DNA from: an uncultured delta proteobacterium
Lineage (GTDB): Bacteria; Desulfobacterota; Binatia; UBA9968
Assembly: GCA_963727625.1 (NCBI GenBank)
Contig: CAVSHR010000001.1
Location: 1-64,000, forward strand
Direction: 5' to 3'
Length of the DNA: 64,000 nt
Below the pieces are notes generated by a model. The model had not been told where the DNA came from. It worked only from the letters and a program-made list of their open reading frames with translations, and searched no databases. The position numbers were made by a program, and so were the translations under genes. This document shows positions 47,129 through 57,366 of the stretch, piece by piece (the stretch's first letter is position 1; every line of letters starts with the position of its first letter).

Positions 47129-47708
47129 TAGCTCCGGGGATCAATTCCTCTCGGCGACGCAACATCAATTTGAATCCAAACAAGAACGACAGCACGAATC
47201 AACGCAATTCAAAGGAAAAATCCCTTTTCATTCGGTAGACTCAGCCCATGGCAGGGATACAGGGTCAATCCGGGCCACCAGAATGCTTTCAGACGGCCTG
47301 GCCAGCGTCTCACAGGGGCGCGTCAACGGCGCGCTGAATCCCACCGACCAGTCGATTCGAGATGAAGAGAGTTGGCCAGAATAAGCGATTGATTGATCAC
47401 GGCATGGGATCACTGATGAGTCACTCCGTCGAGAGGCAGCAGTCAAGCCCGAACAGCTGCACGTCGGCGTGCGAAATAATCGAATGGGAAAGTTGTGGCA
47501 ACGCAGCAAACGAAAATAAACTTCGACACCCAGCGGCGGCGAGCCGGCAAAAATTCGGCTGTTTTGACCATGGGATTCAGCACCTCGCAGGACTTGCGCC
47601 TGTAGTAGCTATGACTAGGGAAATTGCTGATCATCGAGAAGCGGAACTCATTCGCTTGAGAAAGTGCCGGGCATCTTAGCACCGACATTTGTCCTGTGGT
47701 GAGCGTGC

Positions 47709-49466
47709 CTAGTCGTGTTCTACCAGCAGGGCTCTGCGACCAATTAATGTGAGCAAAAATGACGCACTTGTCACTGCTAAACTCATTGCAGCTACGAGAC
47801 CATGTTGTCCGCCTTCCTGGTACATTCCCCATATAAGTGCAGCTAACATAACGTTAAATGGTGTCATCAAGATGACCGAAATAGTACCTTCCCGCAGAGA
47901 GTGAACCGCAACCCAAAGCCACCCGTTTAGAAACGATGGCAAAAGCAGAGGTAGCGTGACTCGGAGGAATGTCGTTCGTTGAGATGCTCCACTTGACGCT
48001 GAGGCTTCCTCAAGTTCTTTGTGAATTTGAACAACCGCGGCGCCCATGACACGATTTGAATAGCTCATATACCTGGTGATATAGGCAATGATGATGATCC
48101 AAATGGTTCCATAAATCTGAACCGATGGTATGCTCAGATACAAAAATATGAGGGCTAGGCCAAAGACGATGCTGGGGACTGCCGTATTCAAAAATGTCAA
48201 CGTGTCTGGCAAAGAACTTCCCCAAAATTGACCTCTTACAGCCATCCAGGCCGTCACCGTGCTCAGAAACATGGTGGCAGTTGCAACGATCAGCGTAACG
48301 ACCACCGTATTGGTCGTGGCAGCTCTAAACTGCTCCAGTCTTAACAGCTCCCTGTAGTGATCACCCGTGAGATGCGCCATTCCTTCGAAAGACGGAATGT
48401 TTAGATAGGGCTGCAAACTAATCCACAAAAGGATGAGCAACGGGAGAACTGCTGCAAGTATTAGGTAAAGGGAAATACCTCCGAAGGCCACGTACTTCCA
48501 TTTTCCGAGTGAAATTATTCGGGGACGATACCCCTTCCCGGTTATAACCGCGTACATGTGTTGCCTTTTGACAACTTTTCGGTAGCTAAGGATCAGCGTC
48601 AGAGCAACAAGAAAAAGCATCATGCTGTAACCGCTTGCCAATCCGTAATCTGGCAGACCGTCGTATGGATGTGTGGCCAAGTAAATTTTTGTGCTAAAAA
48701 CCCGAATGCCGGCGCCCAACCCTAAAATCGCCGGGATCTGAAAATCGTCGAGAGCCGCTGCAAAGAAATAGACAAAGCTTGCGAGCAGAGCCGGCCTCAT
48801 CAGAGGCAAAGTAATTTTCAGTTGGGATTGAACTCTCGTAGCCCCCGATACTTCGCTGGCTTCCTCAAAAGATGGATCGAAGCTCCGAAACGGACCGGCA
48901 ATGAGGAGCATAATCGACGGAACGAGAGATAAAATACTGACAAAGATGATTCCGGGAAGTGTATAAATGTTAAACGGACCTGTGGTCGTGTCCATTGAAA
49001 ACACACTTCTTGTAACAACGTTGACCACACCAATGCTTGGACTGGCAAGAAACGACCAGCCAATGGCCTTGATCATCGCGGGCATCGCCAGCGGAATCAA
49101 CAGCAGGGTAAACAATAAATTTTTACCTGGCAAATCTGTTCTTTCAGTCAACCAGACCAAAGGAATCGCGATAGCTAAAGCTCCGCTCACACTGCACAAA
49201 GCGTAGAGAAGGCTGTTTCTGAATAATATGTACGTCTCGGGAGATTGCAAAACCTGGCTGTAATTCGCCAACGTCCAAGGTACGGCTTCAGTCGGAAGTC
49301 GGTCGCCTGTGCTTTTGAAGCTTGAGAGAACAAGCAGAATGAGGGGTGAAATTACGAGATAGATTACAAATACCGCAATCAAATAAAAAAAGAGCTTATC
49401 CAAGCTAAGATAGCTGCGCATCCGCTGCAATTTTGGAAAGCCCGTGGGTTGACGAAATTTGCTCAT
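47709..49466 (-). CDS. ABC transporter permease (FbpB-like, two EAA domains)
   Basis: ERTDLP, DPSFEEASEVSGA, QIHKELEEASASSGA. Confidence 0.92.
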   Translation of the reverse strand: MSKFRQPTGFPKLQRMRSYLSLDKLFFYLIAVFVIYLVISPLILLVLSSFKSTGDRLPTEAVPWTLANYSQVLQSPETYILFRNSLLYALCSVSGALAIAIPLVWLTERTDLPGKNLLFTLLLIPLAMPAMIKAIGWSFLASPSIGVVNVVTRSVFSMDTTTGPFNIYTLPGIIFVSILSLVPSIMLLIAGPFRSFDPSFEEASEVSGATRVQSQLKITLPLMRPALLASFVYFFAAALDDFQIPAILGLGAGIRVFSTKIYLATHPYDGLPDYGLASGYSMMLFLVALTLILSYRKVVKRQHMYAVITGKGYRPRIISLGKWKYVAFGGISLYLILAAVLPLLILLWISLQPYLNIPSFEGMAHLTGDHYRELLRLEQFRAATTNTVVVTLIVATATMFLSTVTAWMAVRGQFWGSSLPDTLTFLNTAVPSIVFGLALIFLYLSIPSVQIYGTIWIIIIAYITRYMSYSNRVMGAAVVQIHKELEEASASSGASQRTTFLRVTLPLLLPSFLNGWLWVAVHSLREGTISVILMTPFNVMLAALIWGMYQEGGQHGLVAAMSLAVTSASFLLTLIGRRALLVEHD

Positions 49467-49601
49467 TGTTTGGGCGCGCGCTTAACCAATCCCGATGAAA
49501 AACTTAAAAAAAACCTGGGGTCTACAGTGACGTCGAATAACCGAGACGGAATCCGCCCTTGAACCGCATAAAAATCGTTTGCGCTAAAGTTGGAATGTCT
49601 C

Positions 49602-49640
49602 TCGATGATAGGGACCATCAAAGATGGTCCCTATCATCGA
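49602..49640. terminator. Perfect 18-bp stem-loop between SBP and permease genes
   Basis: TCGATGATAGGGACCATC-AAA-GATGGTCCCTATCATCGA. Confidence 0.7.
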
Positions 49641-49680
49641 TCGCTGGATGCAAGTATGGTTAGCTAACGAAATTAATTGC

Positions 49681-50730
49681 TCAACGCAGCACGCCCCATG
49701 TTTTTCCAATTTGTCTTCTCGTCTCTAGCATCGCGGCGATTTTATCCAGCGTGAGATCGTTTGTGTAGAAAAATTTTCCTCCCATTTCCTCGATTCGATC
49801 GAAAAACGGGTTGCCCTTTGCTGCAAGGCCGTAACCCGTTTTTCCCGCGTATTTAATACCTTCGGGGGAAAGCAACCAGCCGGCAAGGAGTTTTGTTGCA
49901 TTGGGATGCGGACTGCCCTTTATCGGCACGATAACCAGAGCCCTTGTCAATATAGGATTGAGGGGCACGACATCAATTGGCGCTCCCTTTTCTCTAATTT
50001 CCTCAATTCTGGGGCTTCCACATCCGATCGCCGCTTCACCTATCACCACTTTGTCCGTTGATTCGGTGCAACGTCTCACCCACTTAGGGTTCTGTTTCGG
50101 GAAAGCTTTGATAAAGTTCCAAAATTTTTCTTTACTCCAGACCAGGCTTAGGTGACTGAAGCCGTACGGTCCACGAGCATCCATCGCGATTTTTCCCTTC
50201 CACTTCGGATTCAGCAGGTCCTCGTAGCCTTTAGGAAGGTCGGGTTTTTTAACCAGATTCGTGTTGTAAATGAATAGATTTGTATTATGCCCAACCACAG
50301 GGAGATTGTTTTTCGTGAAAAACTTAAACCTACGGGGTGTCGGCGTCAGTTCTTGCGGATCGATTTCTGCGATCAGGCCTCGGTCCACCATTTTTTGCGC
50401 CGGTACTGGATCATCCCAATAGGCATCTACGGTAACCATGCCCGCCTGAGCTTCGGTTATAATCTTCGTACTTGTTTTCGGTCGCCCCATGGTGGTGATC
50501 GTAAATTTAATTCCTGGAAATCTTTCCTGGAATCTTTTGACCCCTTCATCTCCGCCAACGGCAAGGTTTCCATTGGTAGAAATAAGAATGACCGCACCTT
50601 CCTTTTTTGCCGCGGGATACTGCGTCTGTAGAACTTTCTCCCAAGGTTCCTGTCCATTTGCGATTGAAGAGCCTCCCAGTCCCGTTAAAATGGCAATTGC
50701 CAGAGCAACAAAGAATTTCTGCCTGAGCAT
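49681..50730 (-). CDS. ABC substrate-binding protein (Fe3+/thiamine-like cluster)
   Basis: Signal peptide, AAKKEG, YNTNLV...PKGYEDLLNPKWKGK, PHPNATKL..WLLSPEG. Confidence 0.9.
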   Translation of the reverse strand: MLRQKFFVALAIAILTGLGGSSIANGQEPWEKVLQTQYPAAKKEGAVILISTNGNLAVGGDEGVKRFQERFPGIKFTITTMGRPKTSTKIITEAQAGMVTVDAYWDDPVPAQKMVDRGLIAEIDPQELTPTPRRFKFFTKNNLPVVGHNTNLFIYNTNLVKKPDLPKGYEDLLNPKWKGKIAMDARGPYGFSHLSLVWSKEKFWNFIKAFPKQNPKWVRRCTESTDKVVIGEAAIGCGSPRIEEIREKGAPIDVVPLNPILTRALVIVPIKGSPHPNATKLLAGWLLSPEGIKYAGKTGYGLAAKGNPFFDRIEEMGGKFFYTNDLTLDKIAAMLETRRQIGKTWGVLR

Positions 50731-50854
50731 ATCCAGTCCTCCTATTATTATATTAATGTGTTTTTGTGGTTACTAGCAGCCCATTTCTCAATTTAAGCAC
50801 GGAAGTGTCGTCCGACTTTGAAAAAAACCCGAATCGCCGCCAGCAAAACGAGCG

Positions 50855-52981
50855 TTAGGCGGGCGTCTCAAGGATTGGAAGATGTACTTTCGCGTCCAAT
50901 ACCATTGGCCCATTAGCGGTTGAAGAAAAAACTATCGGATTTATATCTATAGCGGTAATTTTGCCTTTGAGGTCGAGTGCCATACGAGAGACGCTTTTAA
51001 TTGAATCGATTATTTCACCAAGGGCCAAAGTACCATGCGAAATAGCTTCTCTCAAATACGAAAACGACTTTAGTTCTGCCATCATTTCCTCAGCATCAAC
51101 TGTTTTGATGGGTGCGAGGCGTAACGAGTAGTCATTTAAAACCTCTGCAAAAACCCCCCCCAGTCCGAAGAGCACGACCGGACCAAAGGTTGGGTCATAT
51201 TTAACACCAAGAATAAATTCGTGTTCGTGGTCAATGTACTTTTCCACAGTGACATTAACAGGCTTACGAATACCGGCAGACTTAGATCCGTTGTTTTTAA
51301 TAGTCTCGTACGCATTCGCCAGCTCCTTTACGTTCGAAATAGCACGGCTAACTAACCCAGCGTCGTTTTTATGAGCGATGCCAGGGACAATCCCCTTGAG
51401 AATTACCGGAAAGGTTAGCCGCCTAGCGGCAACCATTGCTTCATCCACCGTCGCAACAGTCAAGTGATCAGGAGTCCTAAAGCCATAACAGCTAAGTACT
51501 TTTCTTACATCCGAATCAGTCGCCATAGCAGTAGACGACTTAGTCTTCACAAACTCATCAAGTTCTGCAGGCGCCTCGCCTGATGTAATGCTCTCTACTC
51601 TACCGTTCTTTCGTTTGGCGCAGAATCGACCATACTGCATAATGCTCCGAAGGACCCTGAAACACGCATCCGTCGAAAGGTCGCAAACTGGAATTTGGTA
51701 TGGCTTGAAAATGTTTTCCATCGCTTCCTCGTCCAGACTCATGATCCCAATGGCCGTCTTTTTGTATTTTGTTGCCGCTTTGCAAAAATGCTTTGCGTAT
51801 TCTTCGCGAACCGCTAGCGGACCAAGAAACAAAAGCAGACAGTCGCTTTCTGGATCCGAGGCGAAGGCATCGCAAACCGTTGATAAAAAGCCGGGTGTCC
51901 TCGATGTACCGGCAGTATCAAAAGGATTCGCCAAGATTGCTGATCTTCGAGGAGGAATTTTTGCTCTGGTCTCCGCCGAGATGTCCGCTAGCTCTACGCC
52001 ATATTCCGCGGCTTTGTCGGCCATTAGACTGGCACCGGCACCGGTTGAGGTCATAACCATCAGTTTTCCTTTTGTCGGCGCTGATTGGTTCACAATCATT
52101 CTCGCGGCAGTTAGAAACGCCTCAACCGTGTCCGTCGAGATGATCCCGTACTGACGAAATACCGCGTCATAAACCTCACCGGACCCTGCCATCCGGGATG
52201 TGTGAGCCATGGTCGTCAGCACCCCACGCTCAGACTTTCCTACTTTCAGGACGACGATTGCCTTTCCTGACTGATGTGCCTGATCGGCCAAGCGCACGAA
52301 ACGCGGACCGTCTGGGATACCTTCGATAAGTAAAGCGACAACCCTAGTGTGGCCGTCGTTTAAAAAGAACTCCAGATAATCACAGAGATTTAGGTCAACT
52401 TCGTTACCGGTACTCACCACATAACTGATACCTTGACCTGCATGAAATAATCGAGTGGCGAGGGACCCAAGGAGGGCTCCGCTTTGAGAAGCAATGGCAA
52501 GGGGGCCGGGAGATAAAGGCAAGGCATAGGAAAAATTGTAACCCAGAGGAAGATTCCTTATCACGTTGAATACGCCATGACAGTTAGGCCCGCAAACCCT
52601 GATACCATATCGCCTCACAATATTGACCAGAGCCTCCTGACGTTTCTGGCCGACGTCTCCTAATTCACTAAACCCTCCTGACCCGACTATCGCTGCTTTT
52701 ACTCCTTTCTCCCCACATTCAGCAATAATACTCGGAGTTAGAGACGCATCGACCATCAGGATTGCTAAATCTGGAATTTCCGGGATGTCTAGAACGGATT
52801 CATAACTCCGGATACCCGCAATATCCTTAACACGCGGATTCACCGGAAATATTTTACCTGGAAATTTAGCCTTAATCAGGTTCCGAAGCGGGTAACCCGA
52901 AGCCTTCTCAAAGTTGGAAGACGCCCCGACAATGGCAACAGATTCCGGTTCGAAGAGCGAGCGAGTATTAGAATCTACCAT
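50855..52981 (-). CDS. ADP-forming acyl-CoA synthetase (acetate--CoA ligase family)
   Basis: LFEPESVAIVGAS, GPNC, SQSG, STGNE, AHT (phospho-His), NPFD, HKNDAG, DPTFGPVVLFGLGG, DINP. Confidence 0.93.
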   Translation of the reverse strand: MVDSNTRSLFEPESVAIVGASSNFEKASGYPLRNLIKAKFPGKIFPVNPRVKDIAGIRSYESVLDIPEIPDLAILMVDASLTPSIIAECGEKGVKAAIVGSGGFSELGDVGQKRQEALVNIVRRYGIRVCGPNCHGVFNVIRNLPLGYNFSYALPLSPGPLAIASQSGALLGSLATRLFHAGQGISYVVSTGNEVDLNLCDYLEFFLNDGHTRVVALLIEGIPDGPRFVRLADQAHQSGKAIVVLKVGKSERGVLTTMAHTSRMAGSGEVYDAVFRQYGIISTDTVEAFLTAARMIVNQSAPTKGKLMVMTSTGAGASLMADKAAEYGVELADISAETRAKIPPRRSAILANPFDTAGTSRTPGFLSTVCDAFASDPESDCLLLFLGPLAVREEYAKHFCKAATKYKKTAIGIMSLDEEAMENIFKPYQIPVCDLSTDACFRVLRSIMQYGRFCAKRKNGRVESITSGEAPAELDEFVKTKSSTAMATDSDVRKVLSCYGFRTPDHLTVATVDEAMVAARRLTFPVILKGIVPGIAHKNDAGLVSRAISNVKELANAYETIKNNGSKSAGIRKPVNVTVEKYIDHEHEFILGVKYDPTFGPVVLFGLGGVFAEVLNDYSLRLAPIKTVDAEEMMAELKSFSYLREAISHGTLALGEIIDSIKSVSRMALDLKGKITAIDINPIVFSSTANGPMVLDAKVHLPILETPA

Positions 52982-53098
52982 AAGGCTGAGACTTTCCTCC
53001 TTCAGCGGATGTACTTAGTTAAGTGGTGAGTTGCAATTTTTGCAAACGACGGAAAAACAACAATGATATAATCGATATTACTCCGGGGATGAAGCATT

Positions 53099-54250
53099 TC
53101 ACCCGGAGCGGGCCTTTAAGGGGGGTAGCTGGGGTTCCTCTTTTGAAGAATAATCCGGCCTTTGAAAACTCACGATTGGTGCTTTCCACGGTGATGGAGC
53201 ATTTTGATAAACCGAAGGTCCCTTCATAAAGTGTTTCGCCTCATCCAGTGTCTCGATAAAAGGCATGTCCATAGCGTAAAGTTTATTATAACGGGGCCGG
53301 GGACCGGTCTTAGAAACGTGACCCCATAGCGGATGGCCTACGACCTCTTCCGCCAACCACACAGCCTCGATCAGTTTTTCAAGGTCAACAGCCGTATCAA
53401 TACCCATCTCCTCGAGCATGTTTATCAAGTCCTCTGTGGGCGCGAGTCCCGCACCGCGACCGTTACCGCAAAACGGGCAGCCGCCCATACCGCCGATCGC
53501 TGGCTGGAGGCGCACAGTGTCTTCGCTGGTGAGGGTTTTGATCGCCACATATGTGGATACAAGAGCCATACCTCTGGTGTTATGCAAATGAAGATTGAAA
53601 TCACGTATGGATGGCCACCGTTCCTTGATTGCGACGAGTTGACGTTCTACCTGATCCGGCATGTTCCATCCCATCGGATCGGAAATGCTGACTCTAGTGA
53701 CAGAAATCCCGGCTCCGTCCCACAGCACATACTGTCGTTCCAACATTTTCATTCGCTGTTCCTGGGAAACGTCACCAGTCCAGTTCGATCCCCAAGAAGC
53801 ACTTATTCCTATCCCAGCCTCTTTAAAGCCGCTTGCTTGACACCCTTGAACCACTTTGGGCCACCGGGAGATTTGCTGTTCTTGTGTCCGGTTTATGTTT
53901 CTTTGGGCAAACACGTCACACATATAAACTCCGGTCTGAGCTGTATCCTCCTTTTCGCTCAGAGGTGGAACATGCTGCCGTATCCGCTCTTTTCCTCTTT
54001 CGTTCAGGGCTGTTGCCACATATCTAACACTTGGATTCGGATGGAAACCCTTGACCAGTTCATCGATACAGGCCATTTGAGGCACCCATTTAGGATTCAC
54101 GAAAGAGCCTACAGCGATTTGTTTGAGACCCGTTTCTGACAACGCGTCCAATAATTTTATCTTGCCTTCGACTGGGATATCCGGGCGTTCAATTTGCAGT
54201 CCATCTCTCATGCCTTCCTCAGTCAATACAATTCTTGGATAACCACTCAT
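53099..54250 (-). CDS. HMG-CoA lyase-like (DRE-TIM) acyl-CoA lyase
   Basis: EGMRDGLQ, SFVNPKWVPQMA, HLHNTRG, GGCPFC, PTEDL. Confidence 0.88.
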   Translation of the reverse strand: MSGYPRIVLTEEGMRDGLQIERPDIPVEGKIKLLDALSETGLKQIAVGSFVNPKWVPQMACIDELVKGFHPNPSVRYVATALNERGKERIRQHVPPLSEKEDTAQTGVYMCDVFAQRNINRTQEQQISRWPKVVQGCQASGFKEAGIGISASWGSNWTGDVSQEQRMKMLERQYVLWDGAGISVTRVSISDPMGWNMPDQVERQLVAIKERWPSIRDFNLHLHNTRGMALVSTYVAIKTLTSEDTVRLQPAIGGMGGCPFCGNGRGAGLAPTEDLINMLEEMGIDTAVDLEKLIEAVWLAEEVVGHPLWGHVSKTGPRPRYNKLYAMDMPFIETLDEAKHFMKGPSVYQNAPSPWKAPIVSFQRPDYSSKEEPQLPPLKARSG

Positions 54251-54358
54251 GTGTAACTCCTTATGGGATTTCTCGGCCCTGTCCCGGATTGAAATACGAA
54301 CTACTTGGCCGGCTCCGCTCTACGTCTGGAAAACCTTGGCTTGAAAGCCATTGAGATG

Positions 54359-55147
54359 TTACGAGTCTTTCCAAGATGAGGAACGCTTCTCCGTGAAAGC
54401 TCGTGCGCCTTCTTTCGCGTCATTGCTCTCATATGGACTCGGGCCAGGAGCCATTTTGAGGGCAAAAAAGAGCGGGGTTCCTAGGGACTTCACTGCCAAT
54501 TCCTTCATCCGTCGTAAAGAAATCGGGGCGTTCTTAGCAATTCTTTCTGCTAGGCTATGTGCTGCTGGAAGGAGTTCGGGCAACGGTACGACTCTGTTAA
54601 CCAACCCAATGCGTTGCGCTTCCTCTGCAGAAACGTGATCCCCAGTGAAAAGCATCTCCATTGCGATACCTCTCGGTACAAGGTACTGGAGCATCACAGA
54701 TCCGAAGTTCGCCCCACGCCCGACTTTTGCCTCAGTCAAACCAAACGACGCGTTCTGCGATGCGATGCGAATATCGCAAGCTAAAGCCAGTTCGCAACCA
54801 CCAGCCAACGCATAACCGTTCACAGCGGCAATAACGGGTTTGTAGGTCTCGAGCGCAATGGTGCTGGAATTAGGTGGTTCACCCAGAGTACCGTAGTCAG
54901 GCCCTACTCGATTAGTGTTGTTATCAAAAGACTCCTTGTGTTCCTTTAGGTCCCCACCCGCGCAAAAAGCACGGTCGCCTGTTCCCGTAACGATCGCAAC
55001 CCTCACCGAAGGGTCGTAGCGAACCTTGCTGAACGCATCTATCAGACCTTGCCGCACATCCCTACCTAACGCGTTCATTCGTTCGGGACGATTGATAGTC
55101 ACTACCGCAACAGCACCTTTTTGTTCATACAGAACATACTCTGCCAT
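54359..55147 (-). CDS. Enoyl-CoA hydratase/isomerase
   Basis: NRPERMNAL, AFCAGGDL, GGCELALACD, FGLTEAKVG (both catalytic Glu present). Confidence 0.93.
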   Translation of the reverse strand: MAEYVLYEQKGAVAVVTINRPERMNALGRDVRQGLIDAFSKVRYDPSVRVAIVTGTGDRAFCAGGDLKEHKESFDNNTNRVGPDYGTLGEPPNSSTIALETYKPVIAAVNGYALAGGCELALACDIRIASQNASFGLTEAKVGRGANFGSVMLQYLVPRGIAMEMLFTGDHVSAEEAQRIGLVNRVVPLPELLPAAHSLAERIAKNAPISLRRMKELAVKSLGTPLFFALKMAPGPSPYESNDAKEGARAFTEKRSSSWKDS

Positions 55148-55681
55148 ACTCTCACTCCTTTACCTCGTGTGAACTTTTTAGATTTTGTGACGAGTCCAAA
55201 TTTCATTACTTAAACAAAATAAGTCAAATTTTGCAATGACATTTATTCCGTTATTCTGCCAAGTCATTGTTGACAAAATTGTTTTAGTTCGTTAGGTCTC
55301 GTGACACGGATGTTTGATCCATCCTGCAAACACTGCGACGACTGCGTCGTTCCCGGGAAACGCTAAAAGTGGATTTGCCACGCTCAAGGCCCGAGGAGTC
55401 CTTTTCGTTATAGCTTTTCGAGCAAAAGCCGCGATATTTTTCGTTGGCCTACGCACTCGTCATTACCGAGGCGGCCGAGCTCGGCATTTGTCAGGGGCGT
55501 TGGTCAACGCGATCGACGGCACGAACAGGGAAAGCTTTGCTGACCTAAGAACCGGGGGAAGGCGGCGAGCGCGGGGGGTCGGAATTATGTATGAAGGAAC
55601 AGGCAACCCAGAGGAACGAAGCGCGAAAAAAAAATCGCCATGCTTTCAACATGAGGCAACTGCACAGATTCGAGCGAGATC

Positions 55682-56065
55682 ATGTTTAACACGCAATTTG
55701 AGCGGGGGTTATTGCTACATACCTGGAACATGGTCGGGGAAAACGGTAGACCGCCGAGCTTCGACGACCTCTGGGAATCTGCAGCGTATGCGGAGCAGCT
55801 TTATTTTGACCATGTCTGGCTGGGTGACAGCGTTTGCATTCTTAATCGGGCGCGCGGAGATTGTCTGACCACGATGGCCGCTTTAGCCTGTAAGACGAGC
55901 CGGATAAGAATCGGGACGGTTCCATTGATCGCCGCTTAGCGCAATCCGTGACTCCTGGCGCATGCCTTGGCGACGTTGGACATTATCTCGAAAGGCAGGC
56001 TTTGCGTTGCCGCGAGTTTGGCTCCGACCATGGAATATAATGAACGGCAGTTGATCGCCGTTTGA
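55682..56065 (+). pseudogene. LLM-class flavin-dependent oxidoreductase remnant
   Basis: AEQLYFDHVWLGDS...TSRIRIGT.PLIAA*RNP*LLAHALATLDIISKGRL. Two in-frame stops (TAG 55937, TGA 55949), truncated after about 125 codons. Confidence 0.85.
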
Positions 56066-56250
56066 GACGACTTCGAGTGCCGACCGTTTGACGGATGTTG
56101 GGCACCGTCAGCAGCTTTGTTGCCGGGCTGGCATCATGAATCCGATACCCTGTCTTGACTTAAAGTCGACGACTTGAATAGCTTGCTTGGGGTCAGCGTG
56201 AAGAAGGTCGGGCTTCAAATTTAAAAGCAACCCTCTAATGTATAGCCGTC

Positions 56251-57315
56251 ATGGTTGAAGTCCACAATCTCCAGAGAATCTTTAACGTCGGTCAAAGACA
56301 AGTCGAAGCTCTTCGCCGTGTTAATCAGGAGGTTCATGAAGGAGAATTTCTAGTGCTTCTCGGGCCCAGCGGTTCGGGCAAAACGACGCTGCTTCGCTGC
56401 GTCGCAGGACTGGAAACGCCCGACGACGGCGAGATCCTCATATCGGGACGAACCGTATTTTCGAAGCGCGACGGCATCAATGTTCCTCCGGAGGACCGGC
56501 AAATCGGCATGGTCTTTCAATCCTACGCGATCTGGCCCCACATGACGGTCTTTCAAAACGTGGCGCTGCCTTTGATCTACGGCCATAAACGGATACCACG
56601 ACACTCGGTGAGGGAAAGAGTTCTCGATGCACTGCGATTGGTTCAACTCGACGAGCTCGCTGAACGTCCATCGCCGCTGCTGAGCGGCGGGCAGCAACAA
56701 CGGGTTGCCTTGGCTAGGGCTTTAGCCGTGAATCCGAGCCTCATCCTGATGGATGAGCCGTTGAGCAACCTCGATGCAAGGCTGCGAGAAGAAATGCGGG
56801 ATCACATCAGAGATCTCGCAAAACGCCTCAAGATGACCGTCATCTATGTTACGCATGATCAAGTCGAGGCCATGGTCGTAGCCGATCGCATTGCCGTCAT
56901 GAGTCTCGGTTCGATCATTTCAATAGGCTCGCCCGAGGCGCTTTACCAATGCCCCGCCAATAGAAATGTTGCCGAGTTCTTTGGCTCGATCAATTGGTTG
57001 GAAGCGGAAATCGTCGAGCAAGGGGTCTTGAAAACGAAAATGGGGAAGCTTTTGTCGGACCAACCCGGTGTCGCCGGACAAACCGGGATGGTAGGCCTTC
57101 GACCCGAAGACATCGATCTCGGGGGCCGTTCGGTGGAACCCTGTAATGAGTTCGAGGGCGAGATCCTATCCCGCACTTTTCTTGGAGACCTTACCGTCTA
57201 TGAGGTAAAAGTCGGCGATGCCACCCTGAAAATAAAGACCATGCAAAAAGGCTGTGTCGAAAACCCGGTGAAAATTAAGATCCCGATACAGCACGTTAAA
57301 TTTTTCGCCGCATGA
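56251..57315 (+). CDS. ABC transporter ATP-binding protein (FbpC/PotA-like, TOBE)
   Basis: GPSGSGKT, LSGGQQQRVALARAL, LMDEPLSNLD, VTHDQ. Confidence 0.96.
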   Translation: MVEVHNLQRIFNVGQRQVEALRRVNQEVHEGEFLVLLGPSGSGKTTLLRCVAGLETPDDGEILISGRTVFSKRDGINVPPEDRQIGMVFQSYAIWPHMTVFQNVALPLIYGHKRIPRHSVRERVLDALRLVQLDELAERPSPLLSGGQQQRVALARALAVNPSLILMDEPLSNLDARLREEMRDHIRDLAKRLKMTVIYVTHDQVEAMVVADRIAVMSLGSIISIGSPEALYQCPANRNVAEFFGSINWLEAEIVEQGVLKTKMGKLLSDQPGVAGQTGMVGLRPEDIDLGGRSVEPCNEFEGEILSRTFLGDLTVYEVKVGDATLKIKTMQKGCVENPVKIKIPIQHVKFFAA

Positions 57316-57366
57316 TTGGCAGTGTCAAGAGAGCCGCCGACAACGATTGAAAGATGAGGATTTTTT

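Noticed and set aside
55314-55868. 184-aa ORF
   Set aside because: TTG start without RBS, no domain features, and it overlaps the LLM pseudogene in another frame.
55937-55951. Pyrrolysine/selenocysteine read-through of TAG and TGA in the LLM gene
   Set aside because: The stops replace ordinary hydrophobic residues of the LRNPV-type motif, and the gene is truncated soon after, consistent with simple decay.
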